From Leucoraja erinacea (taxonomy: Eukaryota), in contig NC_073413.1 of NCBI RefSeq assembly GCF_028641065.1, positions 7,750,001 to 7,814,000 on the forward strand: a DNA stretch of 64,000 bases. The letters are read 5' to 3'. Position 1 is the first letter of the stretch; every line of letters starts with the position of its first letter. Shown here in pieces: positions 1 through 12,051 of this stretch. Made by a program: the position numbers and the translations under genes. Under the pieces are notes generated by a model that was not told where the DNA came from, made no database searches, and was given only the letters and a program-made list of their open reading frames with translations.

Positions 1-221
1 ATGAAGAGAAATACCAGCAAGGAATAATTCCAGTCTCTCGACAGTGTCAGATGAGCACCCTTCGTTAAAACCGACATCACGAAGGTGGCAAATGCCATGG
101 TAACGAAAGTGACGAATTATCCATTTTTGCCAAACTACTCAATGTGTTTTCTAAACTATTGTTGCCATGTAGGCAATATTATTTCGCCTTTGCTAGCTGT
201 CAGTTTCAACTATTTAGTCAC

Positions 222-364
222 CTGATTGGCACCATCGAAGATCATGTTGGTGCGGCCCAGATCTAAGCTGCTGATTGTTGTCACGGTGACTGTGTGGTTT
301 GGATGGTCGTACTGAACGCATTCTCTCTTGGACGTTGTCAGTCGATCCAACTCGTCAGCTTCCT
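222..364 (-). CDS. NOL12: NOL12 exon 4
   Basis: EEADELDRL...[14 protein letters not shown]; ttttctgcag acceptor, gtgact donor. Confidence 0.9.
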
Positions 365-3300
365 CTGCAGAAAACAACACGAGGAAAAACGTTTTCACCC
401 AGAGAGTTGTGTATTTGTGGAATTCTCAGAAGGCAGTGGAGGACGATTCACTGGATGCATTCAAAAGATAGTTAGAGCGAGCTCTTAGGGCTAGCGGAAT
501 CAAAGGGCATGGGGAGAAGGCAGGAACGGGGTACTGATTGTGGATGATCAGCCATGATCACATTGAATGGCAGTGCTGGCTCGAAGGGCCGAATGGCCTA
601 CTCCTGCACCTATTGTCTATGTATCTATGAAACAATGTCATCAATTTCAAGCACTGTACTCCTGGAATGGGATGAACGGGGAGCACGTAATTAGAATCAG
701 CAGGTTTAGGACATTAATATACAAAATCTGCATTTGCATTTATATAGTGTCTTAAACCTGGTAAAATATCCCAAGCTTTACATAGGAGCAAAATAAGACA
801 GAATAAATGCGCGGGAAGGAACTGCAGATGCTGGTTTACACTGAAGATAGACACAAAAAGCTGGAGTAACTCAGTGTGTCAGGCAACATCACCAGAGAAA
901 AGGAATAGCGACGTTTTGGGTCTGAAAGGCCCGTTTCTGTGCTGTGTAACTAATACTCTAAGGTAGACCAGTCTAAAGAAGGGTCTCGACCCAAAATATC
1001 ATCTATTCCTTTTCTCCAGAGATACTGCCTGACCATCTGAAATACTCCAGCTTTCTGTGTCTATCTAAGACAAAATAAAAATTGCTGTTCAGTTCAAGAA
1101 TAAATAAAATCTGCAGCTAGTTTGATTAAAAGATGCAAAATTACCCAATGCTTCTTGCCTTTCTTTGAACATCTTCACATATTCTTTGCGTCTCTGCAAA
1201 TCAAAAAATGATTAGGAAATACTGCAGCATAGTTTAATTGTGAATCCCCAACCCTTGCTGCTTCAAGAGAGAATTAGATTTAACACTTAGCACTGAAGGA
1301 ATCAAGGGATATGAGGAAAAAGCAGGAACGGGGGGGGGGTACTGATTTTAGATGATCAGCCATGATCATATTGAATGACCTAGCTAGCTAGCTAGCTAGC
1401 TTGAAGGGCCGAATGACCTACTCCTGCTCCTATTTTTCTATATTGTTCATCAGTGGTTGTCATGCATTCAGCCTCCTAGGACCAAACTCTGGATGTTCTT
1501 CTTTAAACAAACTTGGTGGATTGGGGCCAGACAGTAAACCCTGGAAATAGTGAACCAGGGAGTGGGGGAGGTTGTCCGTAACTGCCGTTAGTCGGTCTGC
1601 TATAACCAAAATCCACTATGCAGAGGTCCCTTATTGCGAAGGTTTGCTGTGTAAGATGGTCACTAATAACCCCATTTACTTTAAACAAAGCTTGACCCAG
1701 AAATGTCACCAATTCCTTCTCTCCATAGATGCTGCCCCACCCGCTGAGTTTCTCCAGCGTTTTGTGTCTACCAGTGCTAATCAATGTCTCCCACCTCCTC
1801 CTTCACACGTTTTTGTTCCTCCTTCAGTTTTGTTTTAATTTCTTGCAAAGCCTTCTTTCTTCTCTCCACCTTCCGCTTGTGAAAGCCAGTCAGAAATTCC
1901 CTGAGAAACAAAATAGAAAAGAATGATAAAAAATAAGGGTCTAAAAATTGAAACTAATTTATAAATGTGTAAAGCAGCAGTGTATAGCACCAGTTTGAGC
2001 TTAGTTTAGTTTGTAGATACAGAATGGAAACATGCCCTTCAGCCAACAGATTCCACACTGTCTATCACCGACCTGTTCATGTTATTCTAGTTTCACACCC
2101 ACTCCGTGCACACTTGGGGCAATTTAGAGACTAATTAACCCACAAACCTGCACATCTTTGAGATGTGGGTGAAAACTGGAGCACCGGGAAAAAACCCACA
2201 TGGTCCCAGGGAGAATGTGAAAACTCCACAGACAGCACCCAAGGTCAGGATTGAACTTGGGCCTCTGGCACTGTGAGGAAGCAGCTCTTTCTGCAAGGGC
2301 TTTGGGTTTGGACATTCCAGTACTGACAAGGCCATGGAAAGGCCGGCACAAAGGTATTTTCTCCATGGCCTCATTCCATTGTAGAACGTAGAAATTTGGA
2401 CGTTTAGTTTTGGGACCAGACTGCTGAGGAAACAAAGATAGGAGTGATGCTCATCTGTGAAATTATCACAGGAGAGGCGTCGAGTGATGAACAGGAGGAC
2501 TACTGTTCATACTACTGTTTGTACATATGTATATATATTTACTGTTCATTATTCTATGTTCACTCTTCTGGGTGAGATGCTAACTGCATTTCGTTGTCTC
2601 TGTACTGTACACTGCACAATGACAATAAAGATTGAATCTGAATCTGGAGAGGGGGAGACAAGAGTCCATTCATCCACACGTGTGAATGTCCAAATCAAAT
2701 GATCAAAACATGTTCCATCCATCATTAGGTCAGAGATGTTCCCTAAACAATTAGCAACGCTTCAACAAGTGGCCCATGAAGTAAGACCAATATGACAGCT
2801 GAGGGTACACAAAAATGCCGGAGACACTCAGCGGGTGCAGCAGCATCTATGGAGCGAAGGAAATAGGCAACGTTTCGGGCCGAAACCCTTCTTCAGACTG
2901 ATCGGAGGTGGAGGTGGCGGGGAGAAGGAAGGAAAAAGGAGGAGGAGGACCCCGAGGTCTGAGGAAGGGGAGGAGACAGCAAGGGCTAACAAAATTGGGA
3001 GAATTCAATGTTCAGGCTAACAAAATTAGGAGAATTCAATGTTCAGGCTAACAAAATTGGGAGAATTCAGTCTGAAGAAGGGTTTCGGCCCGAAACGTTA
3101 CCCATAGGAACATAGAAACAAAGAAATTAGGTGCAGGAGTAGGCCATTCGGCCCTTCGAGCCTGCACCGCCATTCAATATGATTATGGCTGACCATCCAA
3201 CTCAGTATCCTGTACCTGCCTTCTCTCCATACCCCCTGATCCCCATAGCCACAAGGGCCACATCTAACTCCCTCTTAAATATAGCCAATGAACTGGCCTC

Positions 3301-4342
3301 AACTACCCTCGGTGGCAGAGAGTTCCAGAGATTCACCACTCTCTGTGTGAAAAAAGTTCTTCTCATCTCGGTTTTAAAGGATTTCCCCTTTATCCTTAAG
3401 CTGTGACCCCTTGTCCTGGACTTCCCTAACATCAGGAACAATCTTCCTGCATCTAGCCTGTCCAACCCCTTAAGAATTTTGTAAGTTTCTATAAGATCCC
3501 CTCTCAATCTCAAAATTCTAGAGAGTATAAACCAAGACAACTGAGGATGGTCATAAGACAGTCCTGAAAGCCTGGTCCATGGATGGGAAAGATTGCACCG
3601 GGTGGCGCTAATGTAAGATCCTCAGATTTGGAGACCAAAATTGTACGCAATACTCAGGTGTGGTCTCACCAAGACCCTGTACAACTGCAGTAGAACCGAT
3701 ACTCAAATCCTTTTGCAATGAAGCTCCCATTCGCTTTCTTTACTGCCTGCTGCCCTGCATGCCTACCTTCACAGACGTGTACCACTTCCCCACCACCCGC
3801 TGCATGCTGGTGAATCTAGGTGTTAGAAGGAACATGCAGATCAAAATCTCCAGCAGGGATCTGCTGCTGCAGATGCTGAGCTCTCCACCGAATTTTTGTG
3901 TACAAAATGCCAATGTTCAGGCTAACTCAGCGGATCGGGAGACAATGAGGATGGTCAGGTCGAGGAAAAGCCTGGTCCATGGATGGGAAAGATTGCACCG
4001 GGTGGCGCTGTGTAAGTGCCTCGCCAATAGTGCTTCGTCCTTTGTTATTTCTTAGTGTGTAGTTAAATGTTGTTTTAGTGCATCTTTAGTTTTGTATCTT
4101 CACGTCCACTGACTGGGGTGGAGACCCGGCTTCACTGGGCGAACGAACTAAAGGCCTCGGCGGTGACCCGGGGCCTCTCGGTCGGTTCTGCCCCCCACCC
4201 CGGGCTCGGCTTCCACCCGGGATCAGCCGGACTAGACCGCGGCCATCCTCCCTCGTCCCCCGTCCGGAGCTCACCTCCTATCCTCCTCATTGAAGGTGAG
4301 CACGCAGCGCTCCCGGCGCCGGCCGCCATTCCTCCTCGCCAT
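222..4342 (-). CDS. NOL12: Nucleolar protein 12, 5' part; exons 4342-4275, 1900-1795, 1193-1145, 364-222; continues beyond window start
   Basis: Spliced translation [110 protein letters not shown] matches recalled NOL12; GT/AG junctions in consistent phase. Confidence 0.93.
815..1068. mobile_element. Penelope-like terminal repeat pair in inverted orientation
   Basis: gacacaaaaagctggagtaactcag... followed by its approximate reverse complement; same family recurs throughout the window. Confidence 0.6.
1145..1193 (-). CDS. NOL12: NOL12 exon 3
   Basis: [16 protein letters not shown]; 49 bp, AG/GT flanks. Confidence 0.88.
1795..1900 (-). CDS. NOL12: NOL12 exon 2
   Basis: [22 protein letters not shown]; 106 bp, AG/GT flanks. 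Confidence 0.92.
2000..2290 (-). mobile_element. tRNA-derived V-SINE/HE1-like SINE
   Basis: V-SINE core and (TAAAC)n tail on minus strand. Confidence 0.7.
2805..3103. mobile_element. Penelope-like terminal repeats with two hammerhead-like cores (2869-2899 minus, 3072-3099 plus)
   Basis: CTGAAGA-AGGGTTTCGGCCC-GAAACGTT in both orientations; internal 31-bp tandem duplication resembling the ORF end (NIEFSQF). Confidence 0.65.
3104..3535 (-). mobile_element. CR1 LINE 3' fragment
   Basis: [24 protein letters not shown]...RTRGHSLRI...[14 protein letters not shown] is the CR1 ORF2 C-terminus; (TTCTATGT)-type tail. Confidence 0.9.
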
Positions 4343-4500
4343 CGCCCGCCCGCCTCGCTATGTTGTGCCGCTGACCTTCCTTTCCCCCGGCGGCCGTGCC
4401 GCACGTTGCTATGGGCAACAGTCAAAAGCTCCCGGGCCTGGCAGCTGAACCCCCGCTCCCCGCACAAACGTTCCACTTCCCCCACCACCCGGCTTGCTGG
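4110..4500 (-). promoter_or_regulatory. CpG island / NOL12 promoter with RFX X-box-like palindrome GTTGCTATGGGCAAC (4405-4419)
   Basis: High GC and CpG density around the NOL12 start; palindrome read directly. Confidence 0.7.
4275..4342 (-). CDS. NOL12: NOL12 exon 1 (coding part)
   Basis: GCG-ATG-G start in a CpG island; [23 protein letters not shown]; gtgagc donor. Confidence 0.88.
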
Positions 4501-4664
4501 TGAATGTGTTTAAGAGGGAACTGCAGATGCTGGAGAATCGAAGGTTACACAGAAAAGCTGGAGAAACTCAGCGGGTGCAGCAGCATCTATGGAGCGAAGG
4601 AAATAGGCTTTAAGAGGGAACTGCAGATGCTGGATTTAATGTGCTGGTGAATGTAGGTGTTGGA

Positions 4665-5005
4665 AGTCAAGTCAAGTCAAGTCAAGTTTATTTGTCACAT
4701 ACACATACGAGATGTGCAGTGAAATGAAAGTGGCAATGCTCGCGGACTTTTGTGCAAAAGACAAACAACAAAACAACCAAACAAATTATAAACACAATCA
4801 TAACACACATATTCTTTTACATAATAAATAATAGAAGGAAAAACGTTCTGTAGAGTTAGTCCCTGGTGAGAAAGGCGTTTACAGTCCGAATTGCCTCTGG
4901 GAAGAAACTCCTTCTCAACCTCTCCGTTCTCACTGCATGGCAACGGAGGCGTTTGCCTGACCGTAGTGGCTGGAACAGTCCGTTGCAGGGGTGGAAGAGG
5001 TCTCT
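4665..5005 (-). mobile_element. Rex/Babar- or RTE-like LINE 3' fragment with (CTTGA)n tail
   Basis: caagt tandem tail plus degraded RT-end sequence. Confidence 0.5.
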
Positions 5006-5677
5006 GAAAAGAACTGCAGATCAAAGATCTTATAGCAGGGATCTTTGCTGCAGATGCTGGCTCTCCACCGAAGTTGGACACAAGATGCCGGAGTAACTCA
5101 GCGGATCGGAGGAATAATAATAATAATAATATCTTTTTATTGTCATTGCACGTGAGTGCAACGAGATTTAGTATGCAGCTCCAACCGATGAAAAAGAAAA
5201 GTAAAATAAATAAATAAGCTGTGTGTCGTGACCATCCGATGGGAGACAGTCCGTGGTGGGTGGGGGGCACTCAGCAGGGCCGGTTCAGAGTTGCTATAGC
5301 TCTTGGAATAAAGCTGTTTCTGAGTGGAGGTTCGGGTCGTAGAATAGGTGACGTTTCGGGTCCAGATCCTTCGTCTGAGAGTCAGGGGAGAGGGAAACTA
5401 GAGGTATGATTAGGTACAAAGAGCAAATGGATACAAGGTATGCAAAGGGAGAAATCAAAGCCAGCAATGTTTGTATTCGCTCGTTATCATCTTCTCCATA
5501 GCCAACAATGGACCATTGTGGGCTCCAGCAAAGGTGGATACAAACAGTGAAACTATGCAGGACAACACTGAAACCAATATCTAAATCTAAATTGTGTTAG
5601 TTGTTTAAGTTATGGCTATCGGACGGAAGCTGCATACCAAATCTCGTTGCACCTATGTGCAATGACAATAAAATATA

Positions 5678-5686
5678 TTATCATTA

Positions 5687-5722
<36 letters not shown>
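5678..5722. repeat. (TAT)n microsatellite
   Basis: Read directly. Confidence 0.9.
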
Positions 5723-6912
5723 CAGGATGAGTTGGGTGAGGGGGGGACGGGGAGAGAGAGGGAATGCAAGGGTTACTTGAAGTTAGAGAAATCAATATTC
5801 ATACTGCTGGGTTGTAAGCTGCCCAAGCAAAATATGACCAAACCAACTTGCATTTGACCTCGCTCTAACAATGGAGGAGGGACTTTACCACCTCAAGTGT
5901 TTGGCAACCGGGAGATTGCCAAAAAACTGGTGGAAATCAATGTATTTATCCCATGGATTTTGAATGGATCATTCTGGGGTGGGGATTGGAGTGTTGTTGA
6001 TTGGCAAGGGTAAGGGATAATGCATTCTGGGGTTACCGCTGACTTGCCACTGATAACCTGGGGCAGTTCAGATATGATCATATTGAATGGTGAGGCAGGC
6101 TTGAGGGGCCGAATAGACTAAATCTCACGTTCTTAAACCTTAAAGACTACTGATGTCAAGATAATTGGAGTGTTTTAAAGATTGTAGATCCATTAACATA
6201 TCTTAACTAAATTATGATTTCTTTTTCAAAATCCTCTCACAATTTGATATTCCTTCTGCCTGCCCAGAATTATTCCCTACAATTAAATCTGTCACTGCCT
6301 GTTCTTTTCTATATTTGAAATTTAAGATTAAAAACAATCCTGGACATATCTTAATAATTGAGACGTTTATTGCGACATATTTTATAGCTATATAAAATAT
6401 GACCAAAGCAGCAACCTTTAAGGGGCAGAGATTTAGGGGAAGGGATTCCAGATCTTAGGGCGTCAGCAACAAGGGATGAGAAGTAGGACATGCAAGAGGA
6501 CAGAATGGAGGCTGAACAACATCTTGGTCAGCAGGGACAGGTTGGGCTGAAGGGTCTGTTTCCGTGATGTATGCACCAAGACACAGTAGGGGTAATTAAC
6601 AGAAACCAATTAACCTACAAACCTGCACGTCTTTGGAATGTGGGAGAAAATCAGTTACAGGGAAAACGTACAAACTCCGCACAGATAGCACCCATAGTGT
6701 ACGATCCTGTAATTGTTTTCAAGAATAGAATGCCTCGCATTCCTCACGTTAAGTATTACTCTTTTTTTAGCAGAGAATATCTGCTTCTGATCTGAACCCA
6801 CATAAAGCATGTTCCATTCACCAACACTCAAGGTTGGAAGAACGTTTGCGACTGAAGCAGGTTTAATATCTGAAAATTAAAAACCAAGAAAGTAAAGATT
6901 ATTCAAGTAGAC

Positions 6913-6918
6913 TTTATT
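6913..6918 (-). terminator. Candidate poly(A) signal AATAAA for the profilin gene
   Basis: About 55 nt downstream of the stop codon. Confidence 0.55.
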
Positions 6919-6972
6919 ATTAACTTAGAAATTCGTATGGCCAAAGAATAATCCCAAGCGACCCTTTCTCTT

Positions 6973-7386
6973 TTAGATGCCCTTCTGCTTCAGATAGCTG
7001 GCCATCTCATGGACCTTCTTGTTGAGGACTCCACCGTGGACTCCTCTTTTGCCCATTACAAACACCATGGTCTTGATGGTTTTGCCGATGCAGATGCTCT
7101 TGCATTGTCCGCCTTTCATCCGAACGTCCATCACCCCATCGTTATTGACCAGCAGGTTGTCCCTGATGACGGAGCATTTCTTCCCTCCGATGGTGATGCC
7201 CGTTTGCAAGAAAGCCTTGCGATCTTGCCCAATTAACATGCTGACCTCTTGAGGGGAGATGGCGGCCAGTATACCACCGGGCTTGGACGCCCACACTGCC
7301 TTGTTGTTGACGTGGCCCACAATGGCAACGTCTTCCACGTTCTTATCCTTCAGGATACTGTTGATGTAGTTCTTCCAGTCCGACAT
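6973..7386 (-). CDS. PFN3: Profilin-3-like, intronless, 137 aa
   Basis: MSDWKNYINSILKDKNVEDVAIVGH...VWASKPGGILAAISPQEV...CSVIRDNLL...MGKRGVHGGVLNKKVHE resembles recalled PFN3 (single exon, 137 aa); ATG at 7386 in AAGATGT context. Confidence 0.88.
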   Translation of the reverse strand: MSDWKNYINSILKDKNVEDVAIVGHVNNKAVWASKPGGILAAISPQEVSMLIGQDRKAFLQTGITIGGKKCSVIRDNLLVNNDGVMDVRMKGGQCKSICIGKTIKTMVFVMGKRGVHGGVLNKKVHEMASYLKQKGI

Positions 7387-7452
7387 CTTCTCTTCAATTG
7401 ACAATTTGGTTCAAGTACAACTCTCCGTCACGATGTCTTACCAACAGCAGAT

Positions 7453-7550
7453 CATTAATATAACAGTACCCAAGAGATAACAATGATGTAAAATGATGAA
7501 TCATTATGACATCAAAATAGCAATTTTTGTGACACACAAAAATGACATCA
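7453..7550 (-). promoter_or_regulatory. Non-CpG profilin promoter: TATA-like TTATATTAAT plus two CRE-like TGACATCA (7507-7514, 7543-7550)
   Basis: Motifs read directly; function inferred. Confidence 0.45.
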
Positions 7551-8254
7551 TCTCTTCATATACATCAAGATTTCTCACTGGTGCTGTGACAAATAACAAA
7601 TTTGGTCCAATTTATTTACAAGTTTTGTATTTAGAACAACTTATGAACTAATAAATTTTAATAATTCTCTATATATATTTGTAATTGTTGCTCAATATTA
7701 ATCAATATCTGAATGAGACGGGTTAACTCACTTAAGATCATGAAGGATTTGAAAGAGTAAATGTATAAGAAAATGTTACTATTTGTAAGGGGAGGAAAAT
7801 AGACAGGTTTTACCTATCAGACAATCACCAGTAAATCTGATTTTGGGGAATTTGTTTTCTCCCCACCCCACCCCCTCCCCCCAAAGAGTAGAATGTTGGA
7901 TTTGCTATCATATGAAGTAACTGAAGCCGGTAAGAAGTTGAGGATGTTTCTGCGCTGTTATCTCTAAAGTCTAAAGCCATTATTGATGAGACATTATAAA
8001 CAGATCTGGGGGAATTGTGTTCATAGTTCATTGAAAGTGGCAGGGCAGATTGAGAAAATTGGCTGAAAAAAGCACACAGAGTCCTTAACCCTAGATATAG
8101 TACACGAGTAAGAAAGTCACAATTGAACATTTATAAAACATTGCTTTGGCCACAATAAGAGCATTGTGTCCGCACTTTAGGGAAAATGTGAGGGTGCAGA
8201 AAAGATACCATGTTTCCAGTGGTGATTCTCCTTAGAACAGAGAAAGCTGATCAG

Positions 8255-8635
8255 ACATAGACATAGAAACATAGACAATAAGTGCAGGAGTAGGCCATTC
8301 GGCCCTTCGAGCCTGCACCGCCATTCGATATGATCATGGCTGATCATCCAACTCAGTATCCCATCCCTGCGTTTTCTCCATACCCCCTGATCCCTTTAGC
8401 CACAAGGCCACATCTAACTCCCTCTTAAATATAGCCAATGAACTGGCCTCAACTACCTTCTGTGGCAGAGAATTCCACAGATTCACCACTCTCTGTGTAA
8501 AAAATGATTTTCTCATCTCGGTCCTAAAAGACTTCCCTCTTATCCTTAAACTGTGACCCCTAGTTCTGGACTTCCCCAACATCGGGAATAACCTTCCTGC
8601 ATCTAGCCTGTCCAACCGCTTAAGAATTTTGTAAG
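8255..8635 (-). mobile_element. CR1 LINE 3' fragment
   Basis: [31 protein letters not shown]...[14 protein letters not shown]. Confidence 0.9.
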
Positions 8636-9387
8636 GGGAGGAAAAAGTCAAAGGTTTTACAGAGGATTTAAAATTTAAAAGGGCGGTACGTACATGGAAC
8701 AAGCTGCCAACGAAAGTGTTTGCAGCAGTTACTATAACAATATTTAAAATACATTTTTGGACAGGTACATGAATAGGAAAGGTTTTTTTAGATTAGATTC
8801 CTTTATTGTCTTTCAGACCTTTCGGTCTGAACAAAATTTGAAGGGTATGGGTCAAACACAGGCAAATGGGACTAACGTAGATGGATATCTTGGTCGGCAT
8901 GGACGAGTTGGACTGATGGACTTGTTTTCGTGCAGTATGACTCCATGACCACAATGAAAGGAAGATAGAAACAGTTCCTACTAGATGGGGAAGGCAGGAG
9001 AAGGGAATTTTTCACACCAATTAGGATTTGGAACTCAGTGGCAGTAGAGACAGAGACATATTTCAAAGGGACTGGATAAATACACAAAAGGAAAGGTATT
9101 TGGGGGTTATCAGAGGAGAACAGAGGAGTGTGATTAGCTTAATTGGTCTTGCATTAAGTTGGTACAGCAACAATGGGCCCAATTGCCTCCTACCTGCTGT
9201 AATCATTCTGTGATTCAGTGAAGTAAAATTAGAAAGCATTGGAAACATGCCAGATAGCTTTATCATTGACTCCTGTCACACTGGTTCAATGTTAATTTTC
9301 ATTTTCATCCACTCCCTGCACGTTCGGGGCAATTTTATAAACCCGCAAGTCTTTGGATTGTATAAATGCCAGCAATGTCTTTAACAT

Positions 9388-9742
9388 TAAGGGTTTGGAG
9401 CCGCTAGAGGCAGGAAACATGTTCCCGATGTTGGGCGAGTCCAGAACCAGGGGCCACAGTTTAAGAATAAGAAGTAAATCATTTAGAATGGAGATGAGGA
9501 AACACGTTTTCTCACAGAGAGTTGTGAGTCTGTGGAATTCTCTGCCTCAGAGGGCGGTGGAGGCAGGTTCTCCAGATGCTTTCAAGAGAGAGCTGGATAG
9601 GGCTCTTAAAAATAGCGTAGTCAGGGGATATGGGGAGAAGGCAGGAACGGGGTACTGATTGGGGATGATCAGCCATGATCACATTAAATGGCGGTGCTGG
9701 CTCAAAGGGCCGGATGGCCTACTCCTGCACCGATTGTCTATT
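9388..9742 (+). mobile_element. CR1 LINE 3' fragment
   Basis: [17 protein letters not shown]...FSQRVVSLWNSLP plus conserved 3' UTR. Confidence 0.9.
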
Positions 9743-10087
9743 ATATTTGGAAGGTTTTGAGTTGTGCACTAAGAATTGAATGGTCAACCTCAAATTGACA
9801 TCTTTTAGATGTGACTGTTTTTGTGTTATGGGAAATCCAAGAGATTGGACCTTCTGCCAACAACTCTCCAGCATTCCTTCATACTTGAGAGAAGTGGAAA
9901 TGAAGACCACCAGATCCATAGGAAGATCATTATTTGGAATAAGGTGAGGGACAGACTGGTTGTGTCTAGAGCTGAGGATTTTGGAAGATGACAATCCTGG
10001 ATTAACTGGCAAATACCACAAAATATTTACTGTTTCAGTCATACAATAAACACGCCAGGCAAATAAAACGATTCAGCACTAAAGTAG

Positions 10088-10093
10088 TTTATT
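10088..10093 (-). terminator. Candidate SREBF2 poly(A) signal (3' UTR about 2 kb)
   Basis: AATAAA followed by GU/U-rich sequence on minus strand. Confidence 0.4.
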
Positions 10094-10859
10094 ATTTTAG
10101 CATAAAATTCCTTTAGATCTCCCCACACATCCATTACATTGCTTATTTAAATAAAACACCAATTATTACTGAAACAAAAATATCATTACATACCCAACTC
10201 AGATGAGAAATGACAGAGGCTTTCACTTAAATATTTACAGATGCGCCTAAAGCCTGATGAATCTGAGCAGCCTTCAGCACTATACCCAGCTAATGCATCA
10301 TTCCCGTGTATGTTTATAAAAAGTTAAGATAGCTCCACTGTACATTTTCATAAATTGTGGTAGCAAATAATCTTCATACTTAATCTATGTTGCTATCTTG
10401 GATAAAAACAGGTAACATTCTTACATGACAAGTCCTTTACAACATATTTTTATGGCAATATTCATTTTATGCTTGAGTTATTTAAAAAAAAGACACAACA
10501 AACCAAAAGATTTAAAACCAGCTGACCTGTGATTTATACCATTACAGCTTATACCATCAGTTGTGACTCGGTCATTATATAAAGTATAGTAGAACATTAA
10601 CGAGTAGATTTGCATCAGTTACGAGTTTTATCATTTGTTTAATGACTATGGACAAGACCATTTTTTGCAAGGTCCAACCAATACTACAATTGTAGTTTTC
10701 CAAATGTCTTTGAAACTGAAACGTATTGGGAATGTCTTGCAGGTTGGGACAGCACCAGTCTGCTTTTAATGTAACTTGGAAGTAGAGCTTGGACAGGTAC
10801 AGGTTGTTATAATAAAAATAGTTATGGTAAAAATGTATCAAAGGAAGTCCGCTCAACAG

Positions 10860-11110
10860 GTGAATTGATCAACTTAGGTCAATCTAACTTCAGATAGCCC
10901 TTGCTTTCCCTCTCTCTCCATCCCCTTCCCAGTTCTCCCACTAGTCTTACTGTCTCTGCCTACATTCTATCTTTGTCCCGCCCCCTCCCCTGACATCAGT
11001 CTGAAGAAGGGTCTCGACCCAAAACGTCGCCCATTCCTTCCCTTCAGAGATGCTGCCTCACCCGCTGAGTTACTCCAGCATTTTGTGTCTTGTCTTCGGT
11101 TTAAACCAGC
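10860..11110 (+). mobile_element. Penelope-like 3' terminal repeat inside the probable SREBF2 3' UTR
   Basis: ctgaagaagggtctcgaccc-aaaacgtcgccc core at 11001 (GAAA mutated). Confidence 0.65.
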
Positions 11111-12051
11111 TAAGGTCAACATAGATAACAGAGACCTAACACTGTAAAAACAAACTCTTTCACCCGACAAACCAGCTTTAAATGGTGTTAAATATTTCAA
11201 CGCCAGGGGCACAAAAGTTGTGGCTAAATTAGGAGGAAAGCCCACCATAGTCGAGAGTGTAAGTGGGCTTGAGAGGTCAATCAAATGAAATAGGTTTATA
11301 TATAGAAACATACAGGATACTAAGTTGGATGATCAGCCATGATCATATTGAATGGTGGTGCAGGCTCAAAGGGCCGAATGGCCAACTCCTGCACCTATTT
11401 TCTATGTTTCTAAACAAGGAGCTGCAGATGCTGGTTTACATAAAAGGACACAAAGATCATTGCAGGTACACAACCGAAAATGTTACCTATCCATGTTCTC
11501 CAGAGATGCTGCCTGACCCACTGAGTTACTCTAGCACTTTGCACCCTCTAGGTTTATATGGACAGAAAGCAATAATTCCTTGATTATTTATAAAACAAAA
11601 TTGCCGTATCTTCACATATAAAATCTTAACCATAAAAAATATTTTACAAATGCATACAGAATAACTTACATTCCCATAGTTCAAAATGTGAGATTGTGAG
11701 GATGTTTCTTATTTAAGAAATTACTTGGAATATCAGATGAGTGGAACTTGGTGGATTTTAACTCAGATTGAGTAAATGACCTTCAGAGGAGGGAACAAAT
11801 AAAGCAAACACAAGGTAACAGCCCTCATCAGTAAATATCAGATTTTATGTTCCAATTCCAATCTTGGTTTAAATAAAACTATGAAAGTATTTTAATGAAT
11901 TTGCCAAATTGCCGTTTCTTGGAAGGAGATTACTCACAAACACCCACAGGGGGGTTGGGGTCTGCACTCGATGATGAGAACATTAGGGTAGGATTTGATC
12001 TGAAGATACAAGGCATCTACCATAAGCTGCAGTCTGGCCTCGCATATTCCT

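Noticed and set aside
4086-4513. Long overlapping ORFs in GC-rich DNA (also 41456-41761 and 59475-59782)
   Set aside because: Stop-poor CpG islands; the real coding parts are the short first exons
7387-7404. 6-aa N-terminal extension of profilin from the ORF track
   Set aside because: Begins at TTG; ATG 7386 gives the canonical 137-aa length
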